A stretch of 64,000 bases of DNA from Asterias rubens. Its lineage: Eukaryota. Under the pieces are notes generated by a model, which did no database searches, had not been told where the DNA came from, and worked only from the letters and a program-made list of their open reading frames with translations. This document shows, in pieces, positions 1-13,833 of the stretch. The position numbers and the translations under genes are program-made. Within the stretch, counting starts at the first letter, position 1; each line of letters begins with the position of its first letter. The stretch spans positions 8,990,001 to 9,054,000 of the forward strand of contig NC_047073.1 of NCBI RefSeq assembly GCF_902459465.1. The letters run 5' to 3'.

Positions 1-245
1 GTCATCAATGCAGGAGTTACCCTCATCTGAAAGATCCAAGCAGTCGCTGTCACCGTCGCAGACCCAGCGCTCAGGGATGCAGAAGGAGTTGTTGCAGCGG
101 AACTCGCTAGGGGCACAAGAGGGCTCGGCACAGCCAACTTCATCCGAGTTGTCACCACAGTCGTCGTCATTATCACAGGTCCAACGGACGGTGATACACT
201 TTTGGTTGTCGCACGTAAACTCATTGGATTGGCAAGTCATCGTAC
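1..245 (-). CDS. VLDLR: VLDLR-like exon 5 (LDLa repeats 4-5, truncated by window edge)
   Basis: tttatag acceptor; open frame with two complete LDLa repeats running to position 1. Confidence 0.93.
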
Positions 246-3200
246 CTATAAACACATGGCATTAGTCTTTAAATGTATACAACTTTCATAACCATTATTT
301 TGATAATTGTCACACTCAAACTAAAACGTTATACCAAAACCCATGAGAAAGAAAAAGCTACACACCACAATTAAGTTCATCGGAGCCATTGTCGCAGTCA
401 TTATCCAGATCACACTGCCAACTGCTTGGGATACAAGTACTTCCTTCACCACAACTGAACTGATCCGCACGGCAGGTCTTTTGAGCTGCAAAAAATAAAA
501 GCAAATAGTGGGTAAACTGAAATGTCTTCTATTTTTAGAGATATCAACATTAGCAAAAGGAAATTAGTTGAGTTACTAATGCATTAAAAACTGCTTAATA
601 TCTCAAATGGTAGCAGTTACAGTTGTCAGTGACTTTATGCAAATCTGTACAGTCTTATTTTGACATGGATAAAACATACAAAATAGTTTTGGGAGACAAT
701 TTTTTTTCAAACAATACCAGAGTAAATCCTTGTCTATTCTAAGAGAAAGAGGTTCAACAAAATGCAAAAAATTAAACCAAGCAACAGCCTACTAGTGGAA
801 ATAAGGCAAACGTAAATCTTGTTCCTATGCCTTTTGAAAGAACAAGGCATCAGAATTGAAAAACCTTGTCCCCCTAAACAGGCCTTCTTATAAAAAAATA
901 TGGAAACCATCAAGTCACACGAAACAAAAAAACTCGGACTGCGTTTTTGCCGCACATAAAACCGCTATACCTAGCTTGCTGGTTTATTTTTAGTTGTATG
1001 TAATTACAGAGTACAGCCTGAATTGGACGCAGTATGACCTGCAATGCAAACTGTGCTGAATTGTCTGGACTTTATGCAAATGCACTGAATCCGACAATCC
1101 GTGGGACTCCTAAACACTATGCTGCATGGCACCACGATAAGCTCCCCGCTCTGGTGAGCTCGAAAATGCCAGGCAGACAGATGTTTCTACTGCATGGCCA
1201 AACATTATTTAGGAAAAAAGACACCTGGAAACTAGCACTTGTACTATTTCATCTTGGTGTGAATACACTTATTTAATAGCTTTCACATTAAACTGATCTA
1301 CTCCAATAATTCTGCATTTATGACTTTTAACTTGCAGGGAATGATTTGTGAAGCATTTTTTGTGCCAAATTATTTGGACTGAAAATGTTTTGTACACACT
1401 GCTTTCAGCCATGATAAAAACAAAATCTGAATTTGAATACGCTTTGCATTGGAGAGATCAGGCAAGGTGATGTTTTTTTGCCACTACACTACTGGCCTAA
1501 TTAACCCATGAATAAGTAACATCTTTTCTTTTTATGATTAAATTTCCCAGCCAGGTCGATCTCTCAGCAAGTGGAAGCGTGGGCACACTAGTTAATTCAA
1601 CCCTCAACCATCAGGTGATGTTGCAAGGCTTATCAGTATTCAAAAAACAAGGTTACATAATAGATCCAAGACCAATCAAGCATAGCAGTTCCATGAAAGT
1701 AAGGCTAGTGAGACAGTTTACACCAGCAACTATTTCATATAAATTCTGGGCTTTGATATTTAAAAAAAAAAAAAACCTTCAAGCTCTGATGTTGTGAATA
1801 CCTTTTATGACATGGGGCAGTTTTCTCAAGACAGGCACAGTTACTGCGTACTTAAGCCATGCTAGCATTAGCATCACTCAAAGACCACAATAACCAATGG
1901 CAAACACTGCCAGTAGACCCTCTACTGAGTTTAACAAAGGTGTACAGTTTTGTATTATGACCAAGCGATTCTACAGAAACGCACCATTGCTCTAGACTGG
2001 GCGTGTAACTATGTGCTCTTTCTCAAAGCCCCAAACATTGGGATTTGCATTTACGTAGACGATTGTTCCCTACCTGGCTACACACAACCTTTACCTGTAC
2101 AAGTGAAGATCTTTACATAACAAAAGGCCCAGGAATTTCAGAGCTCAACAAAGGAAAGGAAACTATTCAGAATGGTTCCTTGAAAAGGCACTGGGTTGAT
2201 GTATGTGAAAGTGCATGAAGGGATCTGTTGAATCATTGTCCCTTTAGCAACGACCCTGAGAAGGTGTTATAACCCTCGGATGGGAAAAATGAAAGGGAAA
2301 AAACCCAACACTGGTGTACTTGTTATAGAAAGAAAGTGGCCTAGTCAACCATTACAAACCCTCAAACTATTTGGTATCATATTTAAAAATCATGTGATTT
2401 TGTTTATCAAGCGGAAAGCATTTTGGATTGGGGTGTACACTCTGTATGACTAAACCATGCAGGTCGAAATAGGCACGGTGATTTGAGCCTACAAAGTTAT
2501 TTTGAGGGAGTTCAGAAATCTTCCCCCCAAAAAGCAAGAACATTCTTAACAGCTTATAAATACAATACAAAGTCTTTCAATAGTTTAATGTCTTCATTGT
2601 TTGGCTTGCAAAAGAATAAAGTTAAAAAGCCAATCAGTAACGCATATATTCTACATGCAAACACTAGAAATGTGCTGAATACATTGCCAACTAATCTAAA
2701 CCACAATCAGCATTGAGGTTCCCAGTCGTTGTACTTTATTAGAAAACGGAAACAAGCACTCAATAGATATCAAAGGAAACGATAACCGACATTTACTCAG
2801 TAAATGATTAAGTGTTAAAGGTACACAATGGTGCAACAATAGACTGTTTCCCCATTGCCCAAAACCTTTACCTTATAAAAGACCAGGAAATGTAAATTTC
2901 TTTTAAGGTTGTCCCAAACCACCGGAAACCAGCAAAATATAATTTCTTTCTTTATAAACAAACAATCAAACCGCTGTCAACATTGCTGTTTAAATTCAAC
3001 ATACAAAATTAAAAAATGAATTTAAGGGTTGACTTCTACCTACTCTTTGACCTTTGCCCTTCCTCTACCCTACTTGTTGCATTTTCTGTATTTTTTTTCA
3101 GAGGGCAAAAGTTGAACTTGCAAAAGGTCAACAATCTGGTGGAGGGCACCAGCAGAGTTCTAATTCTTTTTCCGTTTGCAAACCAAGCTGCTCCGGCCCA

Positions 3201-6200
3201 CAGTTAAGTAACCCCGGGCAGTCTGGATGCTTTCTCAGTCGTTGACTTGCAGGATAATTTCTTAACTTCCTTGCTTCAAGTGCCTTAATAGAATGAGTAA
3301 GGTGAAAACAATACACTGCTTGATCGTCTATCTTTAAGAAAGAGGAGGACAAGGGCCGACTTTGAAGAACTGGAACTTTGCTCTTTCAGATTGGTTACAG
3401 TGACCGAGGTGTTAAGTGTAGACTAAATTGATAGTTTAGTAAACATTTCTTATCAAAACTCATTTTTCAGTAAACATGGGTCTCATGCACTTGTCAACCA
3501 AAATTAACAATGAATATCCTAAAAGCGCTTATCCACTGGATAAGCTGTAGCCTGGAAACCCAACTCAAAATAAAAACAATGTTGAGTTTCAGATAATTAA
3601 TGAAACCTACCACATTGTGAGACATCTTCGTCGGAACCATCAGCACAGTCAGAATCACCATCGCACTGCCATCTTCCTGGGATACAGTGCTCACTCTTGC
3701 ATTCAAACTCGGTCGAGCTACATGTTCTTTGCGCTGAAAATTATCAAGAAAAAAAGAAGAAACTTATATTAAACTCCATGAAGCTTAAATTAAATAACAA
3801 AAGATAACAGTCGGTCTTCTGTTTGGATACTTCCGCCATTTACCCCTCTAGTACTCTAGTACAGTTTCTTTAAATCATCATAGTTTTTTTACATGTTTTC
3901 TTCCCCCCCCCCATACCATATTGCAATTTATCTCATCTTATTGTATATCCACCCCCCCCCCCAACAAATCGTATGATGTCGAGTTTCCGGACCACGCCAC
4001 TAACAATCCCCAGTATTTCCCTGACACTTGAAGCATGGTGTGGTCCCAGCATGGCGGCCCAGTGAACGTGATAGCCCTTCCTTGGACTTTACTGAACTAA
4101 TGACCTTCAGTGAGAGTGGGGGGAAACTACCCATTATTGTTGTAGCAGGTGTGAAAATGCTACAGTAACCTTGTGGAGTATGAGAAGAGCACCACATGGT
4201 ACCTAATAGACTGGTACCATCCTATCATAGAGCTAGGTCGTATTCATTATCCAAGAAGATTGTCTGATATCTTAGTAATTTTGAAAAACATCACCCCCAT
4301 AATGCTCAAATGTAAAGAGCCATCTCCCCTTTTCTCTTCAAAATAATGCAAAAACTGGAAAATCCCAAGACGGCAAAATACTCTCAACTGAATGTTGAGT
4401 AAAATGCAGGCAAAGCATTTTCTAAAAATGTTGGCCTTCAAAAATTGGTTTCCTAGGCAAGAACTGGTGACCCAGGTCAGCCACATGGGAATTTTACTCA
4501 CTGGTTCCTAACCAGGTAAGCAAAAACAATTTTCTGCGACGATGATGGCAATCAGAATGTTTATGTAGGTTGCATTTTTGAACTGGTTCAACTCTAACCT
4601 TAGCTTAATTTATCTTTATTTCCTGTTATGGGTTTTGGGACTGAACCATAAACAGAAACAAACAAACCCCACGCATTTTTACACTTTTAGAAATTATATT
4701 GACAAATTTGGTTTGGAGGTTACATTGAAGGTTAACAAAAGGTCTATGGAAAGAGTTTTCATTTAAAAAAAATGAAAGAAAAATCAATTGTTAACCGCTG
4801 TTAAAACAGGAAGTACATCACCTGTTGTTTTTATTTGCTATAGTTATATTCAATCGATGATTTCTAACAATCAAGTCAAAATTAGTAGATGATGTTGATG
4901 TAAAATTAAAAATAACATTTTTTAATTGGGAATTATAAATGGAAATAGATGAAATTTAGGGACTTCAGAAGTTAACAAATGGTGGTTTACAATGAAACTC
5001 TGACAAAACAAGCCAACACAACAACAACAAACCAACCACCCCCAAATCTTTATTTCCCCACATTTACGCTATAGGCCTATAAATTTTAATCCCAGATCCC
5101 TAACAAAAAGCTACAATGAAATATCTGGCTTTTGGAAAGGTGAATTCAATGAAGGGAGTTCAATGAAGGATTAAATGAAAGATTTTCAAAAGAATTTATT
5201 GAACTGAAAAATATAGGCCTATGCGGTCTGTTCTACCTAACCGCCGCCCAAGAATAAACATTTTAAAGGTTGTGAAACATTCCTCTCCTTTCTGAGAAAA
5301 TATGTCCAACTTGTTAAAACTAACAAGATAACATAATTTGGTGAAACCGCAGAGTAAGGTGAAAGACTTATGAATAATTCATCAATATGCAAATCTTCAT
5401 GCCCCTATTTAATGGACTTGATGTGGCATGTTTCCCTCAACAAAGCCCCCCTTTGATACAGTTTAAAACGTCCAATAATTAATCACACTGTAGACAAACT
5501 TATTATTCACCACAGAGGATTATATTCAAAGGCCACCTAATTAAAGACCACCACTAAACCTTTCCCCTCTTCAGAGCAGGTGAAAATTGAGTCATCCCTG
5601 CATTCAGAATAAATAATGGCTTGAGACCAAAAACCACATCATTTTGTAGTTCTGATTGGACATTCCATATAGGGCGGTGTCAGCCAGCCACAATGTTGTG
5701 GCCTACTATTGGACTGTTTCCAGCCTGGGAATCTTGTAGCAGATAATCACCAACCAGGGAGAGTGAAAAGTATTGTTTCTCGTATTCCTCAAGACAAGTC
5801 AGTCTTTATTTTCAATGAAGAAGAAACAGGTAAATACATACATTTACAATGAAATTTGCAAGTACGTAAACAGGTTCTGAATTGAATACTAATTTTCTGT
5901 TGCATGACATGTACATAATTGTCCCCGTTTCACGCTGTGGTCACTTCTCTTTGAATTTGACTCTATGACCAAATAACTCCGCGCCTGTTGTAATTATTGC
6001 AGCACTCCGTAACTTTTATACATTTACATTTCAGTACAATGCTCTTCAACTGATATTTGAATTCTTCCAATTTGGGAAATTGATTCAGGATGACCTCACT
6101 GTCAAACCTCAAAACAAGGCGTATTTCTTGCGTGGCCTCCAAGTCAATACATCAGATGATGGCATGACTGCGCTACTGGCCAATCACAACAGGCCACTGA

Positions 6201-9200
6201 CAATGTGTACATGGCATGAATCCAGCTGGAGAGAGCTCCAATTAGGGATTACATGGTCACCATGGTTAATAGGTTTGCAATGGGGCAAGGGGGTAAAGGA
6301 AATAACTGATTGGCTAGCCAAATGTTTAGGCCTAATGTATTGCTATGTGCTGAAGTTGTTGCAGGCTCCCATCACAACAGGATGAGTAGAGAAACTGCAA
6401 GTCAACACATGCCAAGTTGCTTTTGTACAATGACTTCAGCTGGACTTTTTTCTTTGGAAAAGAAACTTTAATGCAATCGGAATGTTGAGCCTTTCTGTTT
6501 TTAGACTTTGTCCAATTCCAGAAGGCAAGGATCATGTTGTCTTATTTAACAGGAAGGATTACATTTTCCCCCTCAAAACCAGATCATTCGGCCTTCAAAC
6601 TTGGCTTTTTACACACAGCTTACTGTGTTCTTCAGTTGGCTTTAAGCTTAACACCAAACACAAGGCCTTTTCTTGCACAGCTTAGGGTGCACCACCACAA
6701 TCCATTGATCAGACAGGAAATTTGCACTGGGGCTGGAGTGTGTGGAGGGCTTCAAAATGGCACCATGAATAACAAAAACAGTGTTTATTTGTATGTAAAT
6801 AGAGTCGGGGAATGTTGAGTGGGAGGCATGGGTACCACCATAACTGAGCTATGGTACCACCATAGCACAGATTTACAACTAGGTGTGGTATTTGTGTATA
6901 AAGTTCACCTTGTTCACACAATAACCCCAAGGTGGTGTGATGATTACAAAGCGATTTTTTGTAGTCGGCCATTCTTCCATTCTAAATCCTAACAATCAAA
7001 ACTCATAAATAATCAAAATCTTTATCACCTCCCCATAAAAAATCGTTTTCCCCTTCTTTTTCTTTCTTTGCTGCTTTCTATGGTTGATGAATATTTTACA
7101 TTTTACAGTAAAAAAAAATGGAGGGTTGGCCATTGTGTATGCTTCCAGTGGTTTTGAACAAATTAGGAAGTCTACCACCAATGCATTGCTATAATGCTAA
7201 GTAATCCTGATTAAAGCTCACTAGGTTACAAAGGTTACAAATACGCACCGAAGTCCATAATGAATCCACTATTATTGTACCACACAAGCAACCTTAGTTT
7301 CTGAGAATCCAATTTATAGGACAATCACCGTTTCAAACAAATCAATGTTAGGCTGCATACTCAGAGGCCCACTGCTGTTTTTTTTTATTGTATTAACTAA
7401 ACTGTATCAAACATTATAATGAAGCTACAGTTGAAAAAAAAATACTTGCATACATAAATGCATTGTCATAGGTCCTACTACGTACTAGAAAACTTCCAAC
7501 CATTGACTTGATACAAATGCTTGGAAGTTAAACACCAATTGGTAAATTTAAGAATTTTATCATTAGCTATTGACCTACTAAATATTGACAAATGGTGTTT
7601 TACTCTAAAGAGTATAATCTTCATAAGATAAAAAGTAGGCCTACACTATGCACACACTTTAAAGATAGCAAAAAGTACCCGATTTTAACACCTCAAATAT
7701 TTGCCAATTGGATAAAATGCAATTTAACAGTTTAGGGAAGCACTTTAAAATCCTGCGGATCTGTTTAAAAGATATTTTTATCCTACTGTTTACATAACAC
7801 ACAAATTTAAGAAGGCAAGTCATGAAATGAGTCACTCCGAGTAAAATAAACTGCCTTCAAAAAGAGACATTAGAACATATTTCCTAATGAAGCTAAATGT
7901 ACTTGGAAAAGACCAAACATCCTTGCTGTTTTAACGATCTAATTGGAACGCTTTAACAAATCTTCTTGTCAATGGGGGGCTCAACACATCCGGAGGTCAA
8001 AAAAGTTCATTGGATGACTTAGTTTTTCCGTCTGAATGGAGACTTCTTAAGCACTTGCTTCCTTTGCAGCCCCTTACTCATCAGAACAGGGTGACACTAG
8101 GACAATATGGGGTCATGTTCGCATCGCCAAATAAGGGTTTAATCTTCCGACTCATTCACTAGGATTTGTGAGATGCACGGCTTTTAAAGGGCTGTCGGGG
8201 TTTTTGATTAATATACAAAAGCAGTTTTGAGAGAAGGCATTTTTATTTTATTTTAAAACAAATAAAATAAAAACAAAGATGAAGCTAAACACAAAAACCC
8301 TGACAAGTATACCTGCAATATTTAACCAGTTATATACAATCTTCTTGCCAATCTTACAAAAATGTACATATACCTAGCCTACATACATGACCCACTTAAA
8401 ACAAGTATGGTTCAGTTTCAACTAAAATTTAACTTGCAAAATGTTTAATTCAATTTCAAATACAAAATGTTTTATTAAAAAGAAAGATATAAATACATAC
8501 TGTACATGTACAAATACAAATGTACATGGTATAAACAGTGCCAGAGTGTTTAAAAAAAAATGGCATATTGATTTACTGCAACTGTTTTATTGCGATCTAC
8601 AGCATGCAGCAGCACCGCCCAGCACATTTTTTTTTTTTACACACCACTGCATATTAATGAGCCAAGCCCATCATCCCAGCAACCCTGTTGGTTCACATAA
8701 CCTCAGTCGATGTAACACTGGCCAATCAGAAGGCGCTACTCATGCATAATTCAATAGACATATCGCGCCACTGATTCACAAATGCCCGACTCTCAGTATT
8801 CATGGCACTCAGCCAATCAGAGAGTCGCAGTTGCTAGCTGGCCAAAACCATAACATTGTAAATATCAACACGCCCGGCTTTTTTTTACTACAACATGCCG
8901 GCGTGCGTAAATAATATTCAAGTTCACCAAACGACAAAATTCACATCACCAAAAGACCAATAAATGATGACAAAATACAATCAAAACAGATAACATTTCT
9001 AGAAGAACTTAAACATTCTCTTACTGACAAAAAAGTACTATTTTTTAAAACACGAACTTATGAAAAGCAAAGACGACACAACATTTAAAAATGAAAGAGG
9101 GACGAAATAATCTGACAATTTGTTACATTTTAAATTAGTTAGTGTTTCAGTTGTTTTCAAATTAAAGACAAACGTGGAAATGTATGTAAAGTTTACTTAC

Positions 9201-9899
9201 GACAGTCGAGTTCATCGGAATTATCGCTACAGTCATCTTCTTGATCGCATGTCCAAATTTGGGGTATACACTTTCCGTTCTGACATTTGAACTGGTCAGG
9301 TCCACATTGACCTAGAAAAGAAAACATCAACAAAATAACGTTAAATTGTTGCCACAAATACGTATAATTTTGAAATTCATAAAATATCCATTTGAAAATT
9401 TCAAGAAAATACAGAGAGATGGCACAATATGAAAGCTGAAACTGACGGCGACGGTGTAGTTTTCCTTCTTGGCATCATGCCCAAGACGGAAGATGATCCA
9501 CAGAAAATTGTCTGGCAAAAAAATGCCGGTCGGCCGGCAGTTCAACCTGAAATATGGTAAGTAAAAGTAAAATCGACAATATTCATGTAAAACTGAACAC
9601 TAATTCTTGACGAATTGGCGCAGTGAGTTTAAGCTTGTATGTAACGTTTGTTTGGGGGAATTGAGCGATACAAAATCCTAGGACCGGCCGCCGGCTGGCC
9701 CGCCATTTAACCAGACATGGCGTGGTCGCGATGCTGATCGCTGGACCGAATCACCGGTGAGCTGATGCAACCAAAATGCTTCGAGAAACCCAACCGTAAA
9801 ACTCTAAAAATACACAGTGTACTTACTTTTTACTCCTCTGAAAAACAGCACAAATAACAGTAACGAAGCAACAGTAAATATCCGCAACGTATGCTCCAT
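1..9899 (-). CDS. VLDLR: LDL-receptor-family lipoprotein receptor, VLDLR/LRP8/LpR-like; 5' part only (signal peptide + LDLa repeats 1-5), continues off left edge
   Basis: Manual splicing join(9827-9899, 9201-9311, 3611-3733, 366-485, <1-245), all GT-AG, all phase 1. Protein: [221 protein letters not shown]. Six-Cys LDLa repeats with DCxDxSDE; exon layout (LA1, LA2, LA3, then a multi-repeat exon) matches my recollection of VLDLR. Family is secure; exact orthologue is less so. Confidence 0.88.
366..485 (-). CDS. VLDLR: VLDLR-like exon 4 (LDLa repeat 3)
   Basis: ttttttgcag acceptor, GTGTGT donor, 120 bp, [10 protein letters not shown]...SDELNC. Confidence 0.93.
3611..3733 (-). CDS. VLDLR: VLDLR-like exon 3 (LDLa repeat 2)
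   Basis: ttttcag acceptor, GTAGGT donor, 123 bp, [10 protein letters not shown]...SDEDVSQC. Confidence 0.93.
9201..9311 (-). CDS. VLDLR: VLDLR-like exon 2 (LDLa repeat 1)
   Basis: ttttcttttctag acceptor, GTAAGT donor, 111 bp, QCGPDQFKC...SDELDC. Confidence 0.93.
9827..9899 (-). CDS. VLDLR: VLDLR-like exon 1 (signal peptide)
   Basis: ATG at 9899, hydrophobic core [13 protein letters not shown], donor A|GTAAGT, phase 1 joins exon 2 in frame. Confidence 0.85.
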
Positions 9900-10140
9900 A
9901 GTAGCGGTCAACTTATAGACGAAATGTGTGTAAAATCAAAGGTTTTTTGTAGACAGGTTCTCTCGAGTCTCAGTTCGTCCGCGCTTTATGTATTTCTGAA
10001 GCACTACATAAAAAACACACACGAGTCCTCGTTGTCGTGTGTGTCGCGCCGCTGTGTAGTATGTTTTGCAATGACGTCACACGCATACTCGTCGCGTAAT
10101 TGGTTTGCCGCTACTACGCGCGAATAGTAAACTTGGGCCT
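9900..10140 (-). promoter_or_regulatory. Putative 5' UTR/core promoter of the VLDLR-like gene
   Basis: CpG-rich stretch immediately upstream of the ATG with a palindromic CRE TGACGTCA (10072-10079) and CCAAT (ATTGG on + strand, 10099-10103); TSS itself not determinable. Confidence 0.5.
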
Positions 10141-12511
10141 CTGCCAACACTGAAGAAGGGACACCACGCCTCAGTTTTCAACGGGTAAATACATTATCTT
10201 GCAAAAATTGAAAGCTTTCCAAGTATGCTCCGTCGTAAGGGTCAGAGCCTGGGAGTGGAATTTTCTACTACCTCCAGTGAGTCTGTCTACCATGCCAGAC
10301 AGTCATGTGCTGTCTGTTGTTTACACGTAGGCCTACTTTTCTTTGCTGGAATATAATTCAGTGTTATATTTAAATAACTAGCCAGGAATTTCAAAGTCAT
10401 TGCACACTTTGCATGTCCCGATTCCGAAAAGGCCTTTATATAAAAAAGAATAATATGAAAATTTCGTGCTACGTCTGGAAACTAAAGAGAGCCTAAGAAA
10501 CGGTTGTATGGTTTTACCGGCTGAATAATGCCAATACTCATTATGAAAATGTCCGCTACATTCTTGGCATAGTCTTTTTATTATGCGAGAATGCTAACGG
10601 GACTTTCTGAGAATGTTTACGGTTACCATACTTTGTAAAAAATGATAAAAATATAAAATGATTTGTTTTGATGTGAACTCATCCACACGTCACTTGTTAT
10701 CAACGGGCCGAATTTGAAAAATTTAGAACATTTTGCTGTTTAAATTTTGTTCTCCCGCTTATTATTTTGTTCACAGCAATATTCCTAATACACTTCGCTA
10801 AAAATTGTGACACCCGAAGCTAGAAAATTAGTCTTTCTCAAGAAATGATTTAAAAACATTTGAGAGTAGGAAATTCACTAGGCCTTACCCCGAAAATAAT
10901 TATGAAAGTGAAAGCATATAGTACCAGGAAGTGCCCACAATTACATTCACTTAGTATTAGTGTTTAAAAAATTGGTTTATAAAAAAGGGTGTTAGGCCTA
11001 TGGCGATTTTAATTGGTGAGGCCTAGTCCTATTTAATTTTGTTTACATTAAAATTCAGTAAAATAGCACAATAATCTTAGGCGGTGTTCGACCATTGATC
11101 CCGCGATAGTTTTAACTAACGCCTTATGATTATCGCTTCGTGGTTTGCGACTGGCATGTTGTGTTTTCATTTTGCGTGTGTTTATTTACGTGATAGGTTA
11201 GTGCACTTTGTTGCTAACACGCAGTGACGTCACACCCCTTCATTAACTTTGTATACACAACACAACGGGTGGCTAAGGATTTGTGATTAGTTATTGAAGT
11301 ATGGTTGTCAGGTTATGGTCCTACCATGGAGGTATAAATTCACATTAATGTTTTCAAAGCAACATAACAATATCGTATGGAAAATAAATAAGTAGAGGGA
11401 AGTTTACTAGTTTCAGAATAGACCTACTATCCGTTTAGAACTCTAACAAAACTTCAATTGATTTGGGGCTGTATTTTGTTCGCTTCGCTTAGCTTATAAA
11501 ATATAGAATGACAATCATGGGTTTCCAGTGAGACTTATTTGCTTATTTAGGCCTACTTCTGGTAAATGTTTCTTATTGGTTCTTATGACGGTCTCAGGAT
11601 AGAAGTGAGTCCCCCGTTTTTCATCCTTACTATTTGTGTTCTCTTGGCTTCTCATGCCACCGCCTTTACGTTCCAGGCATACCTGTGGTCAACGCCTTGT
11701 GTGGCACAGGAGAGGCGCCGCATCAATGTTCCCATTCAGGCATTGTACCTACCCATTTTTAAGTGGTAGCTTAAATTGCCGCTTTCAATGATCACACCAA
11801 AGAAAACCCACATAAGAGCCACATTTTCCAGCGGTGAAACATTAACCTTAAGTCTGTTATAGGTAAACGTCCTGAAGACCGAGGAGGTATATTTCTTCCT
11901 CCATGTGAAGACAGAGCAGGAGCGCACACACATTGATCGAAAAAGTGTAGGCATTTTTTTTTTTTTTTTTTGGTGGGGGGCAATCTAAGGTTCGCCTTAG
12001 AGATCTTTTCCGTATTTCATGTAGTTGGCAAATACCTTAGTTCCCTTAAAAAATTAAAACCCCCAAATGAAACAGGTGATTTTGTTTTAAACCGGACATG
12101 TCAGGCGTCACATTGGAAGAGAACGGTTCTTGTATCCGAATTGGCTCTCCGATGACCACGGTACAAACGAGTTTTCCCTGGATGAATATAGTTGGAGCAT
12201 AGAGCTAGGACCCTAGCTATTGGAGCTAGCACTCACAATTAGAAAGAATGTTGCGAATGTCCAAGGTTTTTTGCCAAGTCGGCATTAACGTAACAATAGT
12301 GGGCTAATAATATGATCAAGAAACAAGTTAGAGAAAATTAATTGCTACAATAAAATGCAAGACACTCCCTTGTCGTCGTCAAAGTGACCGATCTGTCAAC
12401 TTATTTGAAAAGTAGACCTGATATTATGTAGAATAAACACACATAATGACCACGTGAACATGACGCGACGGCTGTCTGAGGGCCTCAGAGACCCTCCCTT
12501 ACAAGAGTTAA

Positions 12512-12640
12512 GGCCGTGTCCGAAACGGCGACTTCGGCTACAGCTACGGCTAGATCGCGCGCGTCTGCCTATTCTTTAACACTGGTAGACGCGCTGATCT
12601 AGACGTAGCTGTAGCCGAAGTCGTCGTTTCGGACACGGCC
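12512..12640. mobile_element. Small MITE, PIF/Harbinger-like
   Basis: TIR GGCCGTGTCCGAAACGGCGACTTCGGCTACAGCTAC and its complement; flanked by TAA/TTA. Confidence 0.8.
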
Positions 12641-13475
12641 TTAGATGCCTTTTCATTAGCGATCCGACTGGCCACGAAATATTATATACACTGGTCATGA
12701 ATATGGGAAATTCTTACATGAAATGTCGTAGTTTTCAAATTAATTCAAGGGCATATAAGATAAACAGCTGACACTGCAATATGTCTATCTAGCACAATGT
12801 TGTTTGACATTATTCTATGAGATGCAAAAATCGCCTGTCAAGTCATAGCTCTGTTGTCATGATGTCACAAAAATACATTGTCATCACTTGATAATGCCAT
12901 CGTGATCGTACGCAACCTCGACCTCCATTCCAAACTACCTCGACCCCAGGATAGCTTAGGACGTGACCATAATAATTATATGGAACATCACCAGCAAATG
13001 ACTGATCATTCGATGAGGGACTCGGATCGGAGATAAACATCAAACGTTCATCCGAATACCTCGCGATCTCCGACAACCCTCGAGCAAAGCCCATAATATA
13101 GGCCCATGCAGTGTTTCACCATGGAGTATAAGGACAGCCTATGGTTTCACCGACAACTGACCCCCGAGTTCAATATCAGATTCATTTTGCTGAAGATGGC
13201 TGAAGGAACTGCCTTGTTACGGAGAGGGTGGGGGGGGTGTCAATATTAAAGCCAGACTTAAAGGAACCTTGGTTGCCTCGGATCGGTCGAGTTGGTCTTC
13301 CTGAATAAAAGCGTTCTGTAACCGTTTGTTATAAAATGCATGGGTAGAAAGATGGTGTAAATAGAATACAATGATCTACCTACACAATATGCCTCGAAAT
13401 TGCGTGGTTTTTCTTTTTTACCTCTTCGACTAACACGGTCGGCCATTTATGGGAGTCAAATTATTGACTCCCATA

Positions 13476-13812
13476 ATATCGTCGTGTGCCCGGCAAAAGG
13501 GCGTAAGGCCTTACGCCCTTTTGCCGGGAACATAAAGTAGTTCGTCCCAGTAACAAAAGGACGTAAGCAACAAAATGGCTCCTGACATGAAAATTTGTCA
13601 TTTTTGTTTGTTCTTTTGCTAGAATTACCCTGAAGACATGTTTCCCCATTCCCCATGCAGAATTTAACCTTTCTAGAATGACTTTTGCATGGCAACAAAT
13701 TTACCAAACTTTCCCGCTCATAATTCTTGAAACACAAATTTTAACATAAATTGCTTACGTCCTTCTGCCGGGAACTTTCCCTTACGTCCTTTTGCCGGGC
13801 ACACGACGATAT
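13476..13812. mobile_element. TIR element nested in the family B MITE
   Basis: TIR ATATCGTCGTGTGCCCGGCAAAAGG / CCTTTTGCCGGGCACACGACGATAT, with internal subterminal repeats of the same motif. Confidence 0.8.
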
Positions 13813-13833
13813 ATTAATGGCCGGCCGACCGTG

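Noticed and set aside
8-265. 85-aa plus-strand Ser/Gln-rich ORF
   Set aside because: It is the antisense reading of the LDLa exon on the minus strand.
8060-8100. CTGATGA on the minus strand as another hammerhead core
   Set aside because: No stem II followed by GAAA and no stem I pairing.
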